DNA of 64,000 bases from Mobula hypostoma (lineage: Eukaryota): assembly GCF_963921235.1 (NCBI RefSeq), contig NC_086108.1, positions 1,674,001 to 1,738,000 on the forward strand. Reading direction: 5' to 3'. The notes under the pieces were generated by a model. That model worked only from the letters and a program-made list of their open reading frames with translations. It was not told the origin of the DNA and made no database searches. Both the position numbers and the translations under genes were made by a program. Position 1 is the first letter of the stretch; each line of letters starts with the position of its first letter. Positions 1-13,727 of the stretch are shown here, piece after piece.

Positions 1-645
1 GGACTGCATGTCCTCATAATCTAATCTAATCTAATCAGGCTCTTGAACAAAAGAGGACAACTACACTCACTTCTCCAACCATTGAGATGTTCCCACAACC
101 AATGATCTCACTTTAAGGACTCTATCTCATTTTCTCGTTATTTAATGCTATTTATTTATATTTGCATTTTCACAGTTTTCTGTCTTCTGCATTCTGGTTG
201 ATCTTTCATTGATCCTGTTATAGTTACTATTCTACAGATTTGCTCAGTATGCCCACAGGAAAACGAATCTCAGGGTTGTCTGTGGTGACGGGTATGTACC
301 CTGATAATAACATTGACCTTGAACTTTGAACAAGTACCTTCTTATTCTGGCTTCTGCCCCCTTTCTTTCCAGTCTTGAAGAAGGGTTTCAGTCTAAAATG
401 TCAACTATTTATTCCCCTCCATGGATGCTGCCTGACCTGCTAAGCTCTTCCAGTGCTTTACCAAATATGAGACCGATTGAGGATCAAGGATCACCATCTA
501 CCGTGAATTTTACACTCTGTACTGTGCACATGTATACAGCTGGGATGCCTAAGGCTTTTCACAGTTTATGCATTGCACTGTACTGCTGCTGCAAAATAAA
601 CTAATTTTGTGGCATACATGAGTGCTGATAAACCTGATTCTGATA

Positions 646-3345
646 TAAGACATAAGACTATAAGATATAGGAGTAGAAGTAGGCCATTCGGGTCATCGAG
701 TCTGCTCTGCCATTCAATCACGGCCTGATCCAATTCTTCCAGTCATCCCCACTCCCCTGTCTTCTCCCCATACCCTTTGATGCCCTGGCTAATCAAGAAT
801 CTATCTATCTCTGCCTTAAGTACACTCAATGACTCGGCCTCCACAGCCGCTCGTGGGAACAACTTCCACAGATTTACCACCCTCTGACTAAAGTAATTTC
901 TCTGCATCTCTGCTCTAAATGGACGTCCTTCAATCCTGAAATCGTGCCTTCTTGTCCTAGACTTCCCTACCATGGGAAATAACTAATCTGTTCAGCCTTT
1001 TAACATTCGGTCTGTTTCGATGAGATCCCCCCTCATTCTCCTGAACTCCAGGGAATACAGCCCAAGAACTGCCAGACGTTCCTCATACGGTAACCCTCTC
1101 ATTCCTGGAATCATTCTTGTGAATCTTCTCTGAACCATCTCCAATGTCAGTATATCCTTTCTAAAATAAGGAGCCCAAAACTGCACACAATACTCCAATG
1201 TGGTCTCACGACTGTCTTATAGAACTTCAACGTCACATACCTGATCTTATATTCTATACCTCTAGAAATGAATGCCAACATTGCATTCGCCTTCTTCACC
1301 ACCGACTCATCCTGGAGGTTAACCTTTAGGGTATCCTGCACAGGAACTCCCAAGTTCCTTTGCATCTCTGTATTTTGAATTCTCTCCCCATCTAAATAAT
1401 AGTCTGCCCGTTTATTTCTTCCACCAAAGTGCATGACCATACACTTTCCAACATTGTATTTCATTTGCCACTTCTTTGCCTATTCCACTAAACTATCTAA
1501 GTCTCTCTGCAGGCTCTCTGTTTCCTCAACACTACCCGCTCCTCCACCTATCTTTGTATCATCGGCAAATTTAGCCACAAATCCATTAATCCCGAAGTCC
1601 AAATCATTGACCTACATCGTAAAAAGCAGCAGTCCCAACACCGACTCCTGTAGAACTCCACTGGTAACCGGCAGCCAGCCAGAATAGGATCCCTTTATTC
1701 CCAGTCTCTGTTTTCTGCTGATCAGCCAATGCTCCACCCATGCTAGTAACTTCCCTGTAATTCCATGGGCTCTTATCTTGCTAAGCAGCCTCATGTATGG
1801 CACCTTGTCAAAGGCCTTTTGAAAATCCAAGTACACCACATCTACTGGATCTCCTTTGTCTACCCTGCTTGTAATTTACTCAAAAAATTGCAGTAGGTTA
1901 ATCAGGCAGGATTTTCCTTTCAGGAAACCATGCTGGCTTTGGCCTATCTTGTCATGTGTCTCCAGGTACTCCGTAATCTCATCCCTAACAATTAATTCCA
2001 ACAACTTCCCAACCACTGATGTCAGGCTAACAGGTCTATAGTTTCCTTTCTGCTGCCTCCCACCCTTCTTAAATAGTGGAGTAACATTTGCAATTTTCCA
2101 GTCATCCGGTACAATGCCAGAATCTGTCGATCTTGAAAGATCATTGTTAATGCCTCTGCAGTCTCTCCAGCTACTTCCTTCAGAACCTGAGGGTGCATTC
2201 CATCAGGTCCAGGAGATTTATCCACCCTCACATCATTAAGCTTCCTGAGCACCTTCTCAGTTGTAATTTTCATTGCATATACATCACTTCCGTGACACTC
2301 TTGCATGTCCAGTATACTGCAGATGTCTTCCACTGTGAAGTCTGATGCAAAATACACATTCAATTCCTCTGCCATCTCTGCATCTCTCATTACAATATCT
2401 CCAGCGTCATTTTCTATTGGTCCTACATCTATCCTCAACTCTCTTTTACCCTTTATATACTTAAAAAAGGTTTTAGTATCTTCTTTGAAGCTTCCTTTCA
2501 TAATTCATCTTTTCTTTCCTAATGGACTTTTTAGTTTCCTTCTGCAAGTTTTTAAAAGCTTCCCAGTCCTCTATCTTCCCACGAGCTTTGGCTTCCTTGT
2601 ATGCCCTATCTTTTGCTTTTACTTTGGCTCTGACTTCACTTGTCAGCCACTGTAGTGTCCTTCTTCCATTTGAATAAATTTGGAATATATCTGTCTTGCA
2701 CTTCCCTCATTTTTCGCAGAAACATCAGAAAACTCTGCTGTCCTTCCTGCTAGTGTCCCTTTCCAGTCAACTTTGGCCAGTTCCACTCTCATGTCATTGT
2801 AATTTCGTTTATTCCACTAAAATACTGACACATTGGAATTTAGTTTCTCCTTCTCAAATTTCAAAGTGAACTCGATCTTACTGTGATCACTGTTCCCTAA
2901 GGGATATTGCCCTTCTGACATGCCTTTTCTATCTCCTGCTGTAACCTGTAAATCATAACTCGGCTGCTGTTTGGAGGCCTGTATACAACCGCCATTAGAG
3001 TCCTTTTACCCTTGCCATTTCTCAACTCAACCCATAGAGACCCTGCGCCTTCTAATCCTATGTCATCCCTCTCTAATGATTGAGTATTATTTCTTATACA
3101 CAGGGCCACACCACCCCCTCTGCCTACCAACCTATCTTTCTGATACACCGTATGTCCTTGAACACTCAACTCCCAATGGCAGCCATCCTTTAACCAAGTT
3201 TCAGAGATGGCCACAACGTCATACTTGCCAATCTGTAACTGAATTTCAAGATCATCCATTTTATTTCTTATGTTGCGTGCATTCAAATATAACATTTTCA
3301 GTCCAGCATTTGTTTTTTTCTGTCTTAACTGCACCACGCCTCTAT
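646..3345 (-). mobile_element. CR1-clade LINE, degraded ORF2 (APE endonuclease + RT) with 3' tail
   Basis: Fragmented ORFs contain [38 protein letters not shown] and FSQRVVNLW. A short-repeat 3' tail lies near 646-670. Confidence 0.9.
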
Positions 3346-3699
3346 TGCCCTGTAAATATGGGTCTGTATTGTGAATCGAGAGTGGGAAGAGTCAGGGAAA
3401 GGGGAGGGAGCAGGAAGCACCAGAGAGACATTCTCAAATGATCAATAAACCAATTGTTTGGATTCAAATGACCCTGCCTGGTGTCTCAGGGCTGGGTGTG
3501 GCTGCACCCACGCCACCACCCCCCAACCCCTGGCTCTCTCTGCCACCTGTCCCACTCCCCTCCTGCGGTGCTCCACCCTCATTATTCCCAACAGCCTTTG
3601 CTCCCGCCGGATTTACAAACTCGCTTTCTGCTCCATGCTGACAAATATAATATTGTGCAAGGGTCTTAGACATCCTCTACAAAAACCAACATTCAACAA

Positions 3700-4320
3700 T
3701 TATTGAAAAATAAAGAATTACTTACAAGTAAAGTTAGAGGCTACGGTACAGAATAAAATGTGCTTAAATATATAAATACTAGCATGAACCTACAATGTAA
3801 ACTGCATTATAAACAGTGGTTTAAAGTGTTTACACTGAGGTGATGGGGTAATAGAGGGGGGTGGAATGTAACTGGATCAGGTTAACTGTTGCGAGCGTGG
3901 GGAAGAAAGTTTTAAGATGGTGAGAAGTTTTTTTTTAAATAGCTCTATAGCACTTTCCAGAAGGGAGCATTCAGAGTAGGTAGTTTGCAGGGTGGGTCGT
4001 GTCAGCAAAGATTTTCCTGCTGGACACAAACAAGTTCTGCAATGATGGTCGACTGCAGCCAATGACCTTTTTTTGCTGACCTGACAGTTTGCTGTAGCTT
4101 TCGTATATCATGAGAGAGGATGCTGTACCAAACCAGACAGTAATGTCTGATGTGAGGATGTTCTCTATGAAGACAGTGTAGAAACACATCAGTATGTTGT
4201 GGGGAAGATGGAATTTTACCGACTGCCACAAGAAGTATTTTCTCTGCCAAGCCTTCTTGTTAGTGAAGGAGATAGGTTCTCCCATATGAGGTCCTGTGAA
4301 ATAACGATGCTCTTAATAAT
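3700..4320 (-). mobile_element. Rex1/Babar-like LINE 3' fragment
   Basis: Frameshifted motifs ENILTSDITVWFG and DTTHPANYL are typical of the Rex1/Babar RT C-terminus. Confidence 0.65.
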
Positions 4321-4389
4321 AATCATCATAATAAGTAGGTGGTGGGCGATTTACATGTCTGTCCTGCCTATACACTAACCAGTGGCTGC

Positions 4390-4902
4390 ATTGGCCGAAT
4401 ACAATCAAGTGGCCTCTTTATTAGGTACACCTGCACACCTATTCATTAATGCAAATATCTAATCATGGTTTATGCTTTTATCAATGCATAAAAGCATGCA
4501 GACATGGTCAAGAGGTTCAGTTATTGTTCAGAACGGGGAAGAAATGTGATCTAAGTGACTTTGACCGTGGAATGATTGTTGGTGCCAGATGGGGTGGTTT
4601 GCTAATCTCCGGCATGTTCACACACAACAGTCTCTAGAGTTTACAGAGAATGGTGCAAAAACCAAAAGCAAACATCCAGTGAGTGGCAGAGGTGAAAACG
4701 CCTTGTTAATGAGAGAAGTCAGAGGACGACAGTCAGTCTGGTTCGAGCTGACAGGAAGGTGACAGTAACTCAAGTAACCACACATTACTATGGTTTGCAG
4801 AAGACTATCCCTGAACACACAACACTTGGAACCTTAAAGTAGATGGACTGCAGCAGCAGGAAACCATGAACGTACACTCAGCGGCCACTATATTAGGTAC
4901 AG
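4390..4902 (+). mobile_element. non-autonomous Tc1/mariner-like element
   Basis: Terminal motif CAGTGGCCACTTTATTAGGTAC-like and transposase remnant DLSDFDRGMIVGAR. A second copy lies at 35301-35871 in reverse orientation. Confidence 0.7.
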
Positions 4903-5132
4903 GGGGAGGGGGTAACCCATTGTACAAGGAGAGCCTCAACATTGCAGACTGCCTGTCTTGGTTCAGGGGATGAGGAAGATGAATTCAATAACATTGCAAA
5001 AGAACGATGAAATTCGACTCCTCCCTGCCAACCTTTTCCAATATTCCAAATGTACCAGGGAAATATCCGGAGATGTCACAGACCCAAGAGTTGTGAACGC
5101 AGCCCAGTCCAGCTCAAAGTTCACCGTGAAAC

Positions 5133-6883
5133 TTGAGAAAGAGAAGCCAAAATCCTATGTGTCGGTATATCAGTGGAGTAAAGGAAATTACAGTGGCATG
5201 AGAGAGGAACTGGCCAAAGTTGACTGGAAAGGGACACTAGTGGGAAGGACAGCAGAGCAGCAGTGGCTGGAGTTTATGCAAGAAGTGAGGAAGGTGCAAG
5301 ACAGATATATTCTAAAAAAGAAGAAATTTTTGAATGGAAAAGGATGCAACCGTGGCTGACAAGAGAAGTCAAAGCCAAAGTTAGAGCAAAGGAGAGGGCA
5401 TACAAGGAAGCAAAAATTAGTGAGAAGACAGAGGATTGGGAAGTTTTTAAAACCTTACAAAAGGAAACTAAGAAGGTCATTAAGAGGGAAAAGATGAACT
5501 ATGAAAGGAAGCTAGCAAATAATATCAAACAGGATACTAAAAGCTTTTTCAAGTATATAAAGAGTAAAAGACATGTGAGAATAGGGATAGGACGGATAGA
5601 AAATGATGCTGGAGAAATTGTAATGGGAGATAAGGGGATGGCGGAGGAACTGAACGAGTATTTTGCATCAGTCTTCACTGAGGAAGGGAGATGCAGTGGA
5701 TGTTGTATATTCTGATTTTCAGAAGGCCTTTGACAAGGTGCCGCACGTGAGGCTGCTAAACAAGATAAGAGCCCATGGAATTACGGGATAGTTACATACG
5801 TGGATAGAGCGTTGGCTGATTGTCAGGAAACAGAGAGCGGGAATAAAGGGATTCCATTCTGGTTGGCTGCCGTTACCAGTGGTGTTCCACAGGGGTCCGT
5901 GTTGGGGCCGCTCCTGTTTACGTTGTACATCAACGATTTGGATTATGGAATAGATGGCTTTGTGGCTAAGTTTGCTGATGATACAAAGATAGGTGGAGGG
6001 GCCAGTAGTGCTGAGGAAACAGAGAGTCTGCAGAGAGACTTGGATAGATTGGAAGAATGGGCAAAGAAGTGACAAATGAAATACAATGTTGGAAAGTGTA
6101 TGGTTATGCACTTTGGCAGAAGAAATAGATGGCCAGACTATTATCTAAATTCAAAGTTCTGAGATGCAATGGGACTTGGGAGTCCTCATACAGGATACCC
6201 TTAAGGTTAACCTCCAGGTTGAGTCGGTAGTGAAGAAGGCGAATGCAATGTTGGCATTCATTTCTAGAGGAATAGAGTATAGGAGCAGGTATGTGATGTT
6301 GAGGCTCTATAAGGCGCTGGTGAGACCTCACTTGGAGTACTGTGTGTGCAGTTTTGGTCTCCTTATTTAAGAAAGGATGTGCTGACATTGGAGAGGGTAC
6401 AGAGAAGATTCACTAGAATGATTTCGGGAATGAGAGGGTTAACATATGAGGAACGTTTGTCCGCTCTTGGACTGTATTCCTTGGAGTTTAGAAGAATGAG
6501 GGGCGACCTCATAGAAACATTTTGAATGTTGAAAGGCATGGACAGAGTGGATGTGGCAAAGTTGTTTCCCATGATGGGGGAGTCTAGTACGAGAAGGCAT
6601 GACTTAAGAATTGAAGGGTGCCCATTCAGAACAGAGATGCAAAGAAATTTTACAGCCAGAGGGTGGTGAATCTATGGAATTTGTTGCCACAGGCGGCAGT
6701 GGAGGCCAAGTCATTGGGTGTATTTAAGGCAGAGATTGATAGGTATCTGAGTAGCCAGGGCATCAAAGGTTATGGTGAGAAGGCGGGGATGTGGGACTAA
6801 ATGGGAGAATGGATCAGCTCATGATAAAATGGCGGAGCAGACTCAATGGGCTGAATGGCCGACTTCTGCTCCTTTGTCTTATG
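5133..6883 (+). mobile_element. CR1-clade LINE fragment with internal deletion
   Basis: ORF pieces contain PWLTREVK, FFKYIKSK, SGVPQGSVLGPLLF, KFADDTK and LVRPHLEYC. Confidence 0.9.
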
Positions 6884-7774
6884 TCTATAATGCTATCTTA
6901 ACCAGATGTGCTACTTGTGCTGTGTGCAGTGCGCTGTGTGCTGTTGGTAATGTGTTTTGCACCTTGGCCCCAGAGGAACGCTGTTCTATTTGGCCATATC
7001 CACATATCCTACCAGCTGTTGCGCCACTGATAACGCTTTCCATAGATGCTGCCTCACCTGCTGAGTTCCTCAAGTGTTTTGTGTGTGTTGCAATGAAGAG
7101 AATAGATAGGAAATGGGAACCGGGGTGGAGATAGATCTCTACCAAAGGATGCTCACCTGTTAGCTCTCGAATAAGATCACATGGAGCCATGGGAGCGGGT
7201 GGTGGATGGTCGTATGAACAGCAGGTGCATATCACAATTCCTGGTTATACGACCACTGAACCCAGAAGGACAATCTCTGAAGAGTATTGATAATGGCTGG
7301 GAACACTCATCCTGTAAAGGCACAGCCCAGAAGAAGTCAATGGCAAACCAGTACTGCAGAAAAATTTGCCAAGAACAGTTGTGGTATGGGAAGACTATGA
7401 TTGCCTACGCCCTATTACAAGGCACATAATGAATGAACGATAGACAGGGATTCGCATGCAGGCATTTTCCCCTCATGTGTGGTGAGACTAGAACTAGAGG
7501 TTATTGGTTAAGGGTGAAACATGAAATATTTAGGGGAATCTGAGGGGAAACTTCTTCCCTTGGGGGATGATGCATATGCGGTTTAAGCTGCCAGTGGAAG
7601 TGGTAGATGTGGGTTCGATTGAAGTTTGGACATGTACATGGATTAGAGGGTATGGAGGGCTATGGTCTGAGACTAGACAGGAAACCGGGCTGGCACGGAC
7701 TAAATGGGCTGAAGAGTCTGTTTCTATGCTGTGGTGCTATATGACTCTATAACTGACAATAATAAACTCAGGCC

Positions 7775-8228
7775 TGGAGGACCAATGTTGTTTGTCATAT
7801 ACGTTAATGATCTGGATGATGGGGTGGTAAATTGGATTAGTAAGTATGCAGATGATACTAAGATAGGTGGAGTTGTGGATAATGAAGTAGGTTTTCAAAG
7901 CTTGCAGAGAGATTTAGGCCAGTTAGAAGAGTGGGCTGAAAGATGGCAGATGGAGTTTAATGCTGATAAATGTGAGGTGCTACATTTGGTAGGACTAATC
8001 AAAATAGGACATGCATGGTAAATGGTAGGGCATTGAAGAATGCAGTAGAACAGAGGGATCTAGGAATAATGGTGCATAGTTCCCTGAAGATGGAATCTCA
8101 TGTGGATAGGGTGGTGAAGAAAGCTTTTTGTATGCTGGCCTTTATAAATCAGAGCATTGAGTATAGGAGTTGGGATGTAATGTTGAAATTGTACAAGGCA
8201 TTGGAGAGGCCAAATTTGGAGTATTGTG
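7775..8228 (+). mobile_element. CR1 RT fragment
   Basis: Encodes LFVIYVNDLDDG..KYADDTKIGG..FNADKCEVLH. Confidence 0.85.
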
Positions 8229-8897
8229 ATATACTGCATCCGGTGCTCCCGATGTGGCCTTCTATATATTGGCGAGACCCGATGCAGACTGGGACACCTA
8301 CGCTCTGTCCGCCAGAGAAAGCAGGATCTCCCAGTGGCCACACATTTTAATTCCACATCCCATTCCCATTCTGACATGTCTATCCACGGCCTCCTCTACT
8401 GTAAAGATGAAGCCACACTCAGGTTGGAGGAACAACACCTCATATTCCGTCTGGGTAGCCTCCAACCTGATGGCATGAACATCGACTTCTCTAACTTCCG
8501 CTAAGGCCCCACCTCCCCCTCGTACCCCATCTGTTACTCATTTTTATGCACACATTCTTTCTCTCACTCTCCTTTTTCTCCCTCTGTCCCTCTGAATATA
8601 CCTCTTGCCCATCCTCTGGGTCACCCCCCCCTCCTTGTCTTTCTTCCCGGACCTCCTGTCCCATTATCCTCTCGTATCCCCTTTTGCCTATCACCTGTCC
8701 AGCTCTCGGCTCTATCCCTCCCCCTCCTGTCTTCTCCTATCATTTTGCATCTCCCCCTCCCCCTCCAGCTTTCAAATCCCTTACTCACTCTTCCTTCAGT
8801 TAGTCCTGACGAAGGGTCTCGGCCTGAAACGTCGACTGCGCCTCTTCCTGTAGATGCTGCTTGGCCTGCTGTGTTCACCAGCAACTTTGATGTATGT
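8226..8897 (+). mobile_element. Penelope-like element 3' part (GIY-YIG endonuclease + terminal repeat)
   Basis: IYCIRCSRCGLLYIGET...VATHFN...EEQHLIFRLGSLQPDGMN is the PLE GIY-YIG domain. It is followed by a pyrimidine-rich UTR and a hammerhead-like motif. Confidence 0.85.
8802..8837 (+). ncRNA. minimal type-I hammerhead ribozyme motif (PLE-associated)
   Basis: Reads AGTC-CTGACGA-AGGGTCTCGGCCT-GAAA-CG-TC^GACT. Stem I is AGTC/GACT, the core is CUGANGA...GAAA...UC, and stem III is palindromic ACGT. Confidence 0.75.
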
Positions 8898-9119
8898 TAC
8901 TCCTACATAATCCTCTATTTTTTTGTATCATCCATGTGCCTAACTTAAATGTCCCCAGTGTATCTGCCTCCACCACCATCCCAAGCAGGGCATTCCACAC
9001 ACCCACCATGTTCAACTTACCTCTGACATCCCCCCCCCGAGAACAAACCCATCATCCTAAACAAATTCAAAAGGTAATCTGATAGAAACACCAGAAAATC
9101 TGCAGATGCTGGAAACATG

Positions 9120-9805
9120 AGTCTCCACAACTTCCACCATCCTCAATGGCATCCTAGCACAAAGGCACATTTTCCCCTCCACTCTCCACCTCCTGTGGAG
9201 ATCTTGGCCTGAAAATTCAATGTGTTTACTCTTTTCCATGGGCGCTGCCTGACCTGCTGAGTACCTCCATCATTCTGTGTGTGCTGCTTTGGACTTCCAG
9301 CATCTGCAGACTTCTTTTCAAAGTTTACTCTCTATGTGACTCCCTTGCTCACTCATTCCTCCTCACCATCTCCCTCCTGGCACTTATCCCAGCCATCGGG
9401 ACAAGTGCCACAACTGCATCTACACCTACTCCCTCAGCACAACCAAAGGCCAGAACAGTTCTTGCAGTGGCCACCCATTTCCATTCCAACGTGTCCGCCC
9501 ATGGCCACTAGGGTCTTGATGAGGCCACTCTCAGGTTGGAGGAACAACACCTCATTCCATCTGACCACCAACCTGATAGCATGAATATTGATTTCTCTAA
9601 CTTCTGGTAAATTCTCCTGCTCTTCCCCCTCTTCTCTTTTTCCATTTCCAGTTCTGGTTCCTCTCTCACTTGACCAATACCTCCTCTGGTTCCTCTCCTC
9701 CTTCTCTTTCTCTAGCCCTTTGTCTCTTCCACCTGTTACCGCCCAGCTTCTTACTTCATTCCACCTCCCACACCCACCTTCTCCCTTACCTGCTTTCACC
9801 TATCA
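9120..9805 (+). mobile_element. degenerate Penelope-like fragments
   Basis: Same GIY-YIG tail (gtggccacccattt..., aggttggaggaacaacacctc) and terminal-repeat pieces as 8226-8897. Confidence 0.65.
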
Positions 9806-11392
9806 CATAGAAACACAGAAAACCTACAGCACAATACAGGCCTTTTGGCCCACAAAGCTGTGCCGAACATGTCCTTACCATAGAAATTACCTAGGCTTAC
9901 CCATAGCCCTCTACTTTTCTAAGCTCCATGTATCTATGCAGGAATCTCTTAAAAGACCCTATCGTATCCACCGCCACCACTGTCACCGGCAGCCCATTCC
10001 ACGCACTCACCATTCTCTGTGTTAAAAACTTACCCCTGACACCTCCTCTGTACCTACTTCCAAGCACCTTAAAACTGTGCCCTCTCATGCTAGACATTTC
10101 AGCCCTGGAAAGAAGCCTCTGACTATCCACACGATCAATGCCTCTCATCATCTTATACATCTCTGTCAGGTCACCTCTCATCCTCCGTCATTTCAAGGAG
10201 AAAAGGTCAAGTTCACTCAACCTATTCTCATAAGGCATGCTCCCCAATACAGGCAACATCCATGTAATTCTCCTCTGCACTTTTTCTATGGTTTCCACAT
10301 CCTTCCTGTAGTGGGATGACCAGAACTGAGCACAGTACTCCAAGTGGGGTCTGACCAGGGTCCTATATAGCTGCAACATTACCCCTCGGCTCCTAAACTC
10401 AGTCCCATGATTGATGAAGGCCAATGCACCGTATGCCTTCTTAACCACAGAGTTAACCTGTGCAGCAGCTTTGAGTGTCCTATGGACTTGGACCCTGAGA
10501 TCCCTCTGATCCTCCACACTGCCAAGAGTCTTACCATTAATACTATACTTTGCAATCATATTTGACCTACCAAAATGAACCACCTCACACTTATCTGGGT
10601 TGAACTCCATCTGCCACTTCTCAACCCAGTTTTGCATCCCATCAATGTCCCTCTGTAACCTCTGACAGCCCTCCACACTATCCACAACACGTCCAACCTT
10701 TGTGTCATCAGCAAATTTACTAACCCAACCCTCCATTTCCTCATCCAGGTCATTTATAAAAATCACGAAGAGTAAGGGTCCCAGAACAGATCCCTGAGGC
10801 ACACCACTGCTCACTGGCCTCCATGCAGAATATTACCCATCTACAACCACTCTTTGCCTTCTGTGGGCAAGCCAGTTCTGGATCCACAAAGCAATGTCCC
10901 CTTGGATCCCATGCCTCCTTACTTTTAGCCACAACCTCAAAAAATTCAATCAGGCCCATAGGGCACGTCCTGCCTTTGACAAAGCCATGCTGACTATTCC
11001 TAATCATATTATGCCTCTCCAAATGTTCATAAATCCTGCCTCTCAGGATCTTCTCCATCAACTTACCAACCACTGAGGTAAGACTCACTGGTCTATAATT
11101 TCCTGGGCTATCTCTACTCCCTTTCTTGAATAAGGGAACAACATCCGCAAGCTTCCAATCCTCCAGAACCTCTCCCGTCCCCATTGATGATGCAAAGATA
11201 ATTGCCAGAGGCTCACAAATCTCCTCCCTCACCTCCCACAGTAGCCTGGGGTATATCTCGTCTGGTCCCGGTAACTTATCCAACTTGATGCTTTCCAAAA
11301 GCTCCAGCACATCCTCTTTCTTAATATCTACATGCTCAAGCTTTCCAGTCCACTGTAAGTCATCCCTACAATCGCCAAGATCCTTTTCCATA
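9806..11392 (-). mobile_element. CR1-clade LINE 3' half (RT)
   Basis: ORFs 10750-11430 and 10188-10814 contain [29 protein letters not shown] and KFADDTK. Confidence 0.92.
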
Positions 11393-11461
11393 GTGCCAGC
11401 TTGTACTCCTGCCACCCTGAGGGTTGGCATCTGCTTGTGGTTGCACTGCTGTTTGCAACAG

Positions 11462-12407
11462 TTTTTGTGACTTTGTGTTTAACACCTTACGCTACCTGCT
11501 CTACTCTCTCTACACCCATGAGTGTGTGGCTAGACACAGCTCAGATGCCACCTGTAAATTTGCTGGCAATACCACCATTGTTGGCAGAATTTCAGGTGGT
11601 GACAAAAGGGCATGCAGGAGCAAGGTAGATCAGCTAGTTGAGTGGTGTCACAGCAATGACCTCAACATCAGCAAGACCAAAGAACTGATTGTGGACTTCA
11701 GCAAGGGTAAGACTAGGGAACACCAACAGTCCTCACTGAGGGATCAGAAGTGGAGAGAGTGAGTAATTTCAAGTTCTTGGATGTCAAGATCTCCGAGGAC
11801 AACCTGGAATGAACATGTTGATGCAGCTATAAAGAAGACAAGACAACACCTATATTTCATTTGGAATTTGAGGAGATTTGGATTGTCAACTAAAACACTT
11901 GAAAATTTCTACCAATGTACCATGGAGAGCACTCTGCCCGGCTGCATCACCGTCTGGTATGGGGGGGTGGGGGGCACTACTGCACAAGATCAAAATAGGC
12001 TGCAGAAACCTGTCAGATTATTCAGCTCCATCATGGGTACCAGCCTCCGTAGTCTGCCTTGGGAAGGTGACATCCATCGTTAAGGATCCCCACCACCCAG
12101 GACATGCCTTCTTCATACGGTTACCATCGGGAAGGAGGTACAGAAGCCTGAAGGCACACACTCAGTGATTCAGGAACAGCTTCTTCCCCTCTGCCATCCA
12201 ATTTCTGAATGGACACTACCTCACTACTTTTTTTTATTTTTGCATTGCACTATTTACTTTAACTCAACTATTTAATAGACATGTACAGTATGTACACTTA
12301 CTGTAACTCAGATTGTTTCTCTATTTATTTCATGTATTCCATTGTACTGCTGCTGCAAAGTTAATGAATTTCACAACATGTGTCGGTGATATTAAACCTG
12401 ATTCTGG
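11462..12407 (+). mobile_element. Rex1/Babar-like LINE 3' fragment
   Basis: Contains YSLYTHECVA, LNISKTKELIVDF and LPSGRRYRSLKAHTQ, with an AT-rich tail ending attaaacctgattctg. Confidence 0.85.
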
Positions 12408-12547
12408 TTATAACATCTGCAATGCCAACTTGTCGAATCATTGTGCTTTGGTTGTGGAAGGCATTTTCTCTCTCCTAGACTAAATGAGAATCCACTGTCC
12501 TAAATAAGTGTTGCAATTTGAAAACAGCTGAATCTACCTCAGCATAT

Positions 12548-13727
12548 CATAGAAACATAGAAACATAGAAAATAGGTGCAGGAGTAGGCCATTCGGCCCT
12601 TCGAGCCTGCACCGCCATTTATTACGATCATGGCTGATCATCCAACTCAGAACCCCGCCCCAGCCTTCCCTCCATACCCCCTGACCCCCATAGCCACAAG
12701 GGCCATATCTAACTCCCTCTTAAATATAGCCAATGAACTGGCCTCAACAGTTTCCTGTGGCAGAGAATTCCACAGATTCATCACTCTCTGTGTGAAGAAG
12801 TTTTTCCTAATCTCGGTCCTAAAAGGCTTCCTCTCTATCCTCAAACTGTGGCCCCTCGTTCTGGACTTCCCCAACATCGGGAACAATCTTCCTGCATCTA
12901 GCCTGTCCAATCCCTTTAGGATCTTATACGTTTCAATCAGATCCCCTCTCAATCTTCTAAATTCCAACGAGTACAAGCCCAGTTCATCCAGTCTTTCTTC
13001 ATATGAAAGTCCTGCCATCCCAGGAATCAATCTGGTGAATCTTCTTTGTACTCCCTCTATGGTAAAGATGTCTTTCCTCAGATTAGGGGACCAAAACTGC
13101 ACACAATACTCCAGGTGTGGTCTCACCAAGGCCTTGTACAACTGCAGTAGTACCTCCCTGCTCCTGTACTCGAATCCTCTCGCTATAAATGCCAGCATAC
13201 CATTCGCCTTTCTCACCGCCTGCTGTACCTGCATGCCCACTTTCAATGACTGGTGTATAATGACACCCAGGTCTCGTTGCACCTCCCCTTTTCCTAATCG
13301 GCCACCATTCAGATAATAATCTGTTTTCCTATTTTTGCCACCAAAATGGATAACTTCACATTTATCCACATTAAATTGCATCTGCCATGAATTTGCCCAC
13401 TCACCCAACCTATCCAAGACTCCCTGCATCCTCTTAGCATCCTCCTCACTGCTAACACTGCCGCCCAGCTTCGTGTCATCCGCAAACTTGGAGATGCTGC
13501 ATTTAATTCCCTCATCCAAGTCATTAATATATATTGTAAACAACTGGGGTCCCAGCACTGAGCCTTGCGGTACCCCACTAGTCACTGCCTGCCATTCTGA
13601 AAAGGTCCCGTTTATTCCCACTCTTTGCTTCCTGTCTGCTAACCAATTCTCCACCCACACCAATACCTTACCCCCAATACCGTGTGCTTTAAGTTTGCAC
13701 ACTAATCTCCTGTGTGGGACCTTGTCA
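12548..13727 (-). mobile_element. young 5'-truncated CR1 LINE (open RT C-terminal frame, about 360 aa)
   Basis: ORF 12647-13735 is uninterrupted. The 3' tail is (CATAGAAA)n on the plus strand at 12548-12570. Confidence 0.93.

Noticed and set aside
12630..13316. 228-aa + strand ORF and similar ORFs (36954, 44106, 60988, 63360)
   Set aside because: They are antisense shadows of CR1/Rex1 reverse-transcriptase frames with no independent coding signal.
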